Assembly (NCBI GenBank): GCA_000934665.2
Contig: JYFJ02002382.1
Span: 1 to 57,968 of the forward strand
Reading direction: 5' to 3'
Length of the DNA stretch: 57,968 bases
From: Catajapyx aquilonaris
Lineage: Eukaryota
The notes under the pieces were generated by a model. That model saw only the letters and a list, made by a program, of their open reading frames with translations, did not search any database and was not told the DNA's origin. The first letter of the stretch is position 1; each line of letters opens with the position of its first letter. Positions 49,601-57,968 of this stretch are shown here, one piece after another. The translations under genes and the position numbers were made by a program.

Positions 49601-52600
49601 GAAGGACTTTCCGACGCGGTTGCACTGACACTTTGCGTTCCTTCTTTGCAATTCCACCCAGTGAATCCTGCACATTTGTGCTAAAGGCACTGCTGCACAT
49701 TGCTTGAAATGCTGCAGCACTAGGGTCTTGAGTACCTGGTTGAGGGACCAATAACTTGGCATCCTGAATGAGCTTTTTGCCATCTGTCACTTGTCTTTCT
49801 GCCTCCTGTCCCCCTTTGCATCGTTTCCTGCGCCTGTCGTCATCCTTGCTCCTCTTTCGCTTATCGACCCGACCTCTCCGCTTGTTCTTCTGGGCGCGTA
49901 GCTCTTCTTCCCAATCCCCATCCTCCTCCCAGTCCCGTCCCTCCCTTCTCCTAGCTCCAGTTCGCTTCTTGGGCTTCTTCTTTCCGTAACCATCATCATA
50001 GACGTTAGCTTCGGAAATGTCAATCTCATCAGCTTTCAACCAAATGTCTTCCAGCACTTCCAGAGATTCCTCGTCTGGAGGTTCCTCGTCTTCCCACTCT
50101 TGAGATGGGAGAGACATACCACGACGGAATTCGGCAGGAGACGGACCACCCATCTTTCTCGAACCAACAGATGTCTTTTCTGGAGTGGATTTAACACTGC
50201 TGCTTCCATCACCACCTTCCTCCATTTTTTGCCGATGGATTGGGTGACGTTTCGGCTTCTTCTTGGGGCCCTCCAAGAGAACTTCTGGTACAATTTCATT
50301 GCTAGAACAAAATAATGAATCAGTACAAATACCGTATAACCTGTGAATGTGGACATAATTTTTGAACCATCGAAATTCCTATCCTCTGCAATGTCTCAAA
50401 TGGTTGATAAGTTGGACAAGTACAGTACAATTTTCACATTTGCTATCATGCGCATAGTGTATTCTTGTTTTGTTCTGGAAAAAAAGAGAGAGCTATGCTG
50501 AGCTCTGCATACATTTATGAAGCATGTGCCTCTCCTGAGAGTGTGGCTCAGACGCATCAAGCGTAAGGGTGTAGCTTGTGGACATAGGCAAGGATGATCA
50601 GGATGCAATGTGCGTTCTGTGTCCGTACGATTCGAGGGGGTAATGGAGTGGAGGAAAGCTGAAACAATCTTGTATGCATTCAAGCCCCTCCAATAAAGTA
50701 CACAGAACATTCACCCACCACCTTTTGCTACCGACTCATTCCACCTTCCAACTCACTTTTTATTGCACAAGTAGTCGTCAATGGTTGGCATGTTCGCAGC
50801 CGTGTGTCTCGTTGGGTCCTCCGGATGGGGTCCGACGTCCTTACCAGCAATCCAAAGGTTGTACCTGTCAGGCTGGAACCTGCGCACGAAGGTGTCCATG
50901 GAGATCTTGACAGTGTCTTTGCGGCAATTACACTGAGACGCACGTTTCCCGTACTCCACCCAGCGGGGCATTGCAAAATTTGTAGACTCAGCGCAATTGA
51001 ACCCATGGTTGAAGCCGGCGTGGTACCCATACGGGAATGTGATCATGATCTCGCCGGACTCCTGCGTGATCTGAATGAAACAAGATGTTACTTACGAACA
51101 AAAGTGCACTTTAACACAGGGAAAGTATACGAGGACTGGACATCAAATCGTGTTAACGTTCCGAAAGTATGCACCATGCACTTACCTTGTTGTAGGGAAT
51201 GGAGTACTGCTTCAGCACTTGCGGTGAGATCAATGTCATCTTGTGCCTGAGAAAAGCATTGCATGCTTGGTACTGGCTTGTGAAGAACCCTGAAGCGAGT
51301 CGTTCCAGGCGACGTCCATGCTCAGGAGGTATGGCATACCTGTCAGAAGTATACGGTATTAAATGGTACGAACAAGTGCGACGCCAGTGAAGAATGAGAC
51401 GAAAGTTCATCCACAGAGAGAGTGCAGAGTAAGTCCGACAACGTCAGATTTCGTAAACGCCAGGTACGACTTGACTCACCAGGTTTTGGGTGCTCCAAAA
51501 TGCAGGTAATTGATGGAGTAGAGATCCATGTCCTCTGTATGCCAGGCAAAGGTTGTTTTCCACATGCCAAAATACAGGTACGCAGTGTTGACTCCATCGA
51601 TTGAGATGCCATAATCCTCGTTCACATAGTCCAAGATGGTGCCAAGGTGGTTAATGTTCCACTCTTTCACTGTCGGGTCAGTCAGCGTTCCCGACACGTC
51701 CGCACCGTATATTGGGGCCACGTAGGTGATGTTTTTCCAGTACTTCCTCTCCAAGTCTTCGTAGTCGAAGTGCTTCGGAGTGGCGTACCTCTCATTCTGA
51801 GCCATCTCTTTGAACTCCCTCACGGTCATGTTACGCTTCTGGACATTCAGCTGCTGGTACACTCCTTGCTTGCCATTTACAACCTGGCATATGGGTGCGG
51901 GAATGGATAGGTTCAGCTCCTCGTTGTCATATCCGCTGGATCGAGGACACCATTCAGGCGGAGGGATCACCTGGAGGAGAAAACATGAAGCTGGATCAAC
52001 TTTTGTCCCTCTAAATATTACAAACTGACTAGTTCCAGGAGAACCTCCTTAGAGGGTCATCTCGTACAAAGTTTCCCGAATCAGCAACAATGTACCTGGT
52101 AGCCAAATCTTATCACCGTCAATTCAAAACCACGCAGACGATTGCCTAGAGAGCCGCCACCTCCTGCCAGGATTTTGGCTTATGCTTACAAATATGCTTC
52201 TAATGACCCACGGGAAGGATCAATCAAGCAGTTCTGCCATTAGCAAACTAATGCAATCCAAGGCCTCAATATTACAACAAAATTAACTCTCAATCATTAC
52301 ATTTTGTGTGACAGATCTAGTAGCAACAAAAGAAATGATTGTGTGTATCTAATCGCTAAGGATAACTTTTACAGGGAGTGTCACTTTCGGTCCAGTACAA
52401 GGTCAATGAGACAGAATTCTAATAAACTAATTACGGAACTCAGGTCCTTTCTCTCCCATGTCCTCCCAACATTGTGTAACTAACATTATCTCCTGCATTT
52501 AGCTTCGTGTTTACTGTTAATGAAGATTATTGGTGACAGCACATCCATCAACCCTTGGGAGGCCTAATTTATTTGTTCATATTTCAATAATCCTACTGTC

Positions 52601-55600
52601 TATGTGCTAATTATTTTCGTTTGGGACATTATATTCAGCGAATTTTTATCGCTGTCATTTTTTCCCATCATTTATACACCCTGTGGGCGTCTAGTTCCGG
52701 TGAAGTCCTCGGCCTTGGGTTGGGAGGGTGACGCAATCCAGGAGCTGACATTGCTCATCATCATCCACAGCTGTGCAGAATCATGCGATCCTGATTTGTC
52801 ACATGTTCCTCGACTGGGGGGGAACAATGCCCTCCTTCAGACCATAGAAGGTATACGTAGGATACACCCTGTACTAATCACAGACTGTCACAATTCACAA
52901 GAAAATCAACAGAGATTCATTCTGTGGTCGTTTCTTAAAATTCTCAGGTTTCACTTATTGGTTGTGAGAAGAATTTTACAGACGAAAATTCTCTGGGCAC
53001 GTGGGAAGTCGCACACTTGATCTGATATCCCCCCCATTCATTTTTTTTTTTTGTCGATACAAAATGGCCCTTTTAACGGGTCCGTCCCCAAGGGTCGTAA
53101 ACGATGACAGGTGGTCAGATAACAAAACTGCTTGATTGACAGCAGCTGGGGAAGGTCGACATTCCTTCCTTATATCTAGCACAATTTTCTCCAAAAAATG
53201 CCTTCGGTCCAGTAGAATTCTGATGTGATTCTGATAATAGCAACATTAAAAAAAAGCAAATGTGACCCAGATGCCTTTTTTAAAAAAAATGTCAAAAATT
53301 TGCAGTGCAATTGTTGTTGGTAACAAGCAGCACTTCGAAACCCAATTAATGATGGTTGCGTCATTACCACAAAGTAATCCTGGCAGTGCAAAACCTGAAG
53401 TAAAGCGAGAGGTGCGACTACGGCCTTCATGTAAATCGATGTTGGAGCTATTACTGTATGGATCCTTTACAAATGGGGGAGGTGGTGCTTATACTTAACT
53501 ACAAGGCACAACACTAGCGTGTACACACACCAATTCAAGTACACGACAGGCTTAATTAGTTATACGAAGAAGAAAAAAAGTCGGGCGTCATATCCCATTC
53601 AATTAAGTAAAACAAATTAACCGCATGAATCTACGTGAAGGTAAAATCTCAGATTACGTGTAGTAGTACTCACTATATAGAACCTGGTATTTTTCATTTA
53701 ATTTTCAAAAGCAAATAGCTTGAAATGTTACTGGCAAACCGTTAGGCCATCGCCTAGATTATCTCGATTACACGTACTCTGAAGATACGGACAAGATATT
53801 TGTACAAATAATATCAGCTATACTTACACGTTCTTTGCAAAACACGACGTAAGTGTTGGAGACAATTTTCCTCATCTAGAAGAATTTCCTTAAATTAATT
53901 TCAATGTAAAAAAAAACCCTCGAAATACAGGTATTACCGGCCATCTGTTAGGCTGATATGAAATACGTTAAAATATACGGAATATCAACCTTGAGAACCT
54001 TGCCCAGACGAATTTGCTGAAATCGTCGTACTTCGCGGGAATTAAATAAATCTGGGAATTTTCCGAAGTAACAGGAAAGCCGCAGATAGTGCAAATAATT
54101 TATTTCTCGCCAAGTACCACGATTTCAGCAAATTCGTTTGGCACGGTTCTCAAGGTAGATGTTTTAACGTATTCCATAATTAAATCAGCCTAAGAGTCGG
54201 CCGGCAGTACTCGAATTTCTGAGTTTCACAGCCATATTTTTGGAAATTAATTTCCAGACTTCTAGACGAGTAAAATGGTTCCAAACACAGTGTTTTTTTC
54301 CATGAACATGTAATTATTTGTAAAATATCCTGTCCTTAAGAGTACCCATAAGTGAAAAACTAGGCGATGGCTGGTATAGCTGGGGGGGGGGGGGGGCNGA
54401 AGGGGTTAATAATATGCACAGGGTTGCCACAGGCTTCCCATTTTTAATTTCCCTGACTTTTCCCTGACTTTTCCCTGACCTTTTATCAAAATTCCCTGAC
54501 TTTTCGACATACCCATAGCAAACTCAAAAAACCCATTCCAAAAAAGAACACAGCAAGGGGTGTAAATCAGACGCATTTTTGGGGTTTTTTTTGTTTAATG
54601 AAACGCATGCCGGCGCGCAATGATAATCACATGTACAAACAGAGACGGTCCTATCCGCGAACGACGTTAGGTCAGCGATTTTAAACACATTTTCCCTGAC
54701 CCATTTTCAAATTCACTGACTTTTCACTGATTTCCCTGACCATTTTTTTATTCCCTGACTTTTCAAGGATTTCAAGGATTTCAAGGTCTGTGGCAGCCCT
54801 GATGCAGTATTTTGATAGCGGAAACGGAGGCATTGTCTAATCGTCTGATTACAATTAATTAAAGGGCAAATTGCGACGAGCGCAAATGACTCATGTGCAT
54901 TTCAAACGTTAATTGCAGTGCAATCAATGCAATGTCCGACATATAGTTACAGGCATGCTCACGAGCGAAAAAAATGTGAAGTGGTTAAAAAAAATTAGCC
55001 TACCACATATAGAAAAAGACTGGCTCTCTAATGAGATTCCTAAAGTGACCCAAAAAAATGTTCCGAGAATTACCATATAATAAATCCCAAAACAAAGCAT
55101 GGGAGGGCTATTTTTATCCTCATTATTGATTGTTCCATGTGCGGCTCACTAGTGGTCATGCTCATGCCTCAAGCTGCTTATTAGGCAAGGAAATAACTGC
55201 TACAAAATTTATTTTTTAAAATAACCAAAACATTATCTGTATCATATGTGATTACACCGATAAGACTCACTTCCCAGTAAGTAAATAATGCAAGTGTGAG
55301 TAACACTAGCATTGCTATGACATCCTGATGCATACTAATATCAGAAACAATGTACGGGTTGCGCAATAAGAATTTGTGTGGCACATACGCATGATTTAAT
55401 AAACATGTGGCCTGAGGCACATATTGATTCATTTCTCGTTACTGGAAAATATGTGATTGTTCATGCAATAAAATTTGTAATTTACTTTTGCAAAAGTACG
55501 GCACTGTAAGCAATATTATTTTCTTCTGCCAAATTGAAAAAAAAAATAGCAATGTTACAAAAGTCTGATCCTTTGAAGAAGAATTACAACAAATTACATT

Positions 55601-56618
55601 ACATGAAGAGCACAGATGACTCAACAGTCAATACGCTTTCAGGAAGGCATTACTGAAATTGGCCCTGTCGCAAGCAAATTTGATCGCTACCTGCAATTTA
55701 TAGGGCAGTGACATCTAACTCTGCGTTAGACATACAACTTGCTCCTATAAATATAAACCGCCTGGCGTATTTCAAGTAAAGTACACACTAGCAGCATGCC
55801 AGATGCGGCCAGTCATCACTCCTCCCCTATTGTTTACATACACGTTAGCATTCAATTGCTATCGGGGCAGGTACGATCCTGCAAAAGTCGGTCAGTACAT
55901 TCCGGTTCTGAATGCAATTTTCTTACATACACTGAGTACACATTAGCAAATCAGTTAATCAGTACAACCCAAAAATTTTATGCACGTTTCATAAGGTTGA
56001 ACTTAACATTATTTACAGGTGAATCCATATTACCTGCACGAACTGTACTTTTACATACAACTATAAATGCAATGAGCATTCAACCCGAATGTGTCAGTAC
56101 GCTATGTACGCCTCCACCTGTACCTGGCATGCATTGTCATATTGTACACACTCACTGCCAAGCGCATTTACACATGTAATGAGCACCCATTATTGCATCG
56201 GTTGGCAGTGCTGGTAATGACAGGTTGAACACTCATCGCATTTACGCCATGTACACTGTGCCTGCCTCGCAATGGACTGTACGCACTCATTGCAAGCGCA
56301 GGGTGCATCCTGTACGCAGCCCATTGCCAGCACTGCCAACTGATGCGCCTCAAGTGCATTGCAGGTACACAGCTACAGTTGGCAGTCCTGGTAATTGCTG
56401 TAATTGTTGCGTAATTCCCCCCCTCCAACCTCTGCCCGGATTACCTTAGCGATGCCCGCCCTCTGCGCCCCCTGCCGCTCCATGTGCTCGATGTACCCAG
56501 CAAAGTCCTTGAACTCCTCGTAGGTGGGCCTGAACACCATGATCCTCGGCGTCCTCCCGCTGCCTCCTCCTCCTCCTCCTCCTCCGCCACCATTGTTGCT
56601 GCCGTTGCTTCCATCCAT
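46635..56618 (-). CDS. KDM4: Lysine-specific demethylase 4 (KDM4/JMJD2; JmjN+JmjC) with a long low-complexity C-terminus
   Basis: Exons (minus): 56618-56445 ([33 protein letters not shown]), 51970-51480 (LERKYWKN...[19 protein letters not shown]), 51339-51186 (CNAFLRHK), 51070-50757 ([21 protein letters not shown]...CNC), 50301-49299, 48988-47279, 47219-46635. Fe-binding H-x-E...H is intact. The joining of the last three exons rests on splice phase only. Confidence 0.92.
53746..54371. repeat. Long degenerate inverted repeat (old fold-back element) in KDM4 intron 1
   Basis: gccatcgcctag...ctaggcgatggc termini; internal pairs ccttgagaacc/ggttctcaagg, cgaatttgctgaaatcgt/acgatttcagcaaattcg and ttaggctgat/atcagcctaa. 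Confidence 0.75.
54419..54801. mobile_element. Non-autonomous DNA transposon (MITE) with 14-bp TIRs, 5-bp TSD and subterminal TTCCCTGAC repeats
   Basis: atgca|cagggttgccacag ... ctgtggcagccctg|atgca; multiple ttccctgac motifs near both ends. Confidence 0.85.
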
Positions 56619-57512
56619 CGTGTCCTCCTCACTCGGCCTCTCCCTCCCAACAACAATGGTATCACACCATTTGGTCACCGGACAACACACACAACACACG
56701 TCCGCACGTACACACCACCAGTCACCGTTAGTTACCCCAAGATGGCTGCCAGGGGAACTAATAAACACCACACAACAGCAAGGCTCTCTCGAGAGGAGGG
56801 GGTGGCTCCCCCGACTGTGGGTGCAGGAGGGTCCAGGCGCCGCGGTTGAAGGGGCGAGGCAGGGCCGCCCCTAGGCCTAACTTGGCCCTCCGCTTCCTAC
56901 ACGCAAACTCCCAACTGCTGCACGCTCTGGCAACACCGCCTCCCCTCCCTCCCTGCACACCCCACCCCTTCTTGTTTATAGCACAGCGTTGCCACATCCA
57001 CCACGCGTCGACGGGCACCGCGCACTAGTTTCAATCCGGCAACACCGGTAGATGCGGACGTGATTGGCCGGTTGAAGCATAGCCGCTGGTGGGGAACGCG
57101 CTTATCAGCTATCCCTCGCTGCTTATTCCGAGAACCGGCTTTATATTGGGCTGGCCACACGGGGGCCGCCCCTGGTGTCTATCTACCAGAGGCCCACCCC
57201 TTCAGACACCCCACCCCCACTCGACGTTGCCTTATACTTTGGAGGCACCCCGCCCAAACGGCATCCTTTCTTCCTTTTTTTTTTGAGGGGGGAGTTGGCC
57301 CACCCCCCTCCCCCCCTCTCTTGGTCCTTTTAAATCCGGCCTTCACTTTTAGGGGGGGTGGCCTCCTCCCACCCAGACGCTTCCCACCCACAAAACCGGT
57401 TCCAGAGCATCATACACACGTGCATTGAATCGAAAGGAGGGGGGATGCGACCTGATTAATTTTTCCTTACTAATCATTTCCTGGACGAGACCCATCTCCA
57501 CCTGTACCGTAC

Positions 57513-57822
57513 GACAACAACAACAACAACAACAACAACAAAAATTATACACATTTCTTCACGGCATTAGTTTCCATATCTAGAGGGGTAGCCATCAGTG
57601 ATGTAATAATGATAATAAATTATTATTATTATTATTTGCCCATTTTTCCTAATATTGATGAGAAAGTCAGACTTTTCCAGCCATTCAGAGCTGCCTATTA
57701 TTACTACTACTATTATTATTAGTATTAAATTATTATTAAATTTGGCTAATTTTTTTGCCAATTTTCCCTAATACTGTATTTATGAGAAAGTCAGACTTTT
57801 CTAGCCATTAAAAGCTGCCGCC

Positions 57823-57877
<55 letters not shown>

Positions 57878-57930
57878 GATGGTGATATTATCACCATCAA
57901 CAATAATAATACAAAACAACAACAACAACA
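57513..57930. repeat. (CAA)n and (ATT)n microsatellites with a short direct repeat (gagaaagtcagacttttc.agccatt x2)
   Basis: Directly visible at 57513-57541, 57620-57635, 57660-57685, 57784-57810 and 57823-57878. Confidence 0.85.
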
Positions 57931-57968
57931 TCACGACATTTCCCTATGAGGGGTAGTCAGCGCTGAAG

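Noticed and set aside
55790..56400. Weakly self-similar or inverted motifs (gcaatgagcattcaacc / ggttgaacactcatcgcat) in KDM4 intron 1
   Set aside because: Too degenerate to define boundaries or a family by eye; probably a TE relic.

Overview
Eukaryotic, intron-containing DNA, most likely arthropod (peritrophin-A/CBM14 cuticle genes, a divergent ionotropic receptor, GT-AG introns as short as 54-60 nt). In order: (1) a + strand secreted chitin-binding (CBM14) mucin-like gene whose first exon was not located; (2) a 3-exon divergent ionotropic receptor (IR) with a fold-back element in intron 1; (3) an ~19 kb tandem array of six 2-exon myosuppressin-receptor/Srw-like class A GPCR genes, plus a pseudogenic fragment and an orphan upstream block; (4) a - strand 9-exon gene with three CBM14 domains; (5) mitochondrial glycine dehydrogenase (GLDC); (6) a KDM4/JMJD2 demethylase with a long low-complexity tail and no visible PHD/Tudor domains. 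Several MITE-like and fold-back repeats lie in introns and spacers. The most notable system is the GPCR array. Its paralogues keep conserved TM/intracellular segments but have hypervariable, Tyr/acidic- and Pro/Ser/Thr-rich ECL2 loops, an array-wide loss of the TM1 Asn, copy-specific hits in the WRY and NFxxY motifs, a heptad-patterned C-terminus and a mosaic (gene-conversion-like) structure, and the array sits beside a divergent IR. A chemosensory-type expansion of a neuropeptide receptor is my hypothesis, not a demonstrated result. Exon boundaries were read by eye from GT/AG sites and phase continuity. Family assignments are from remembered motifs, not database searches.
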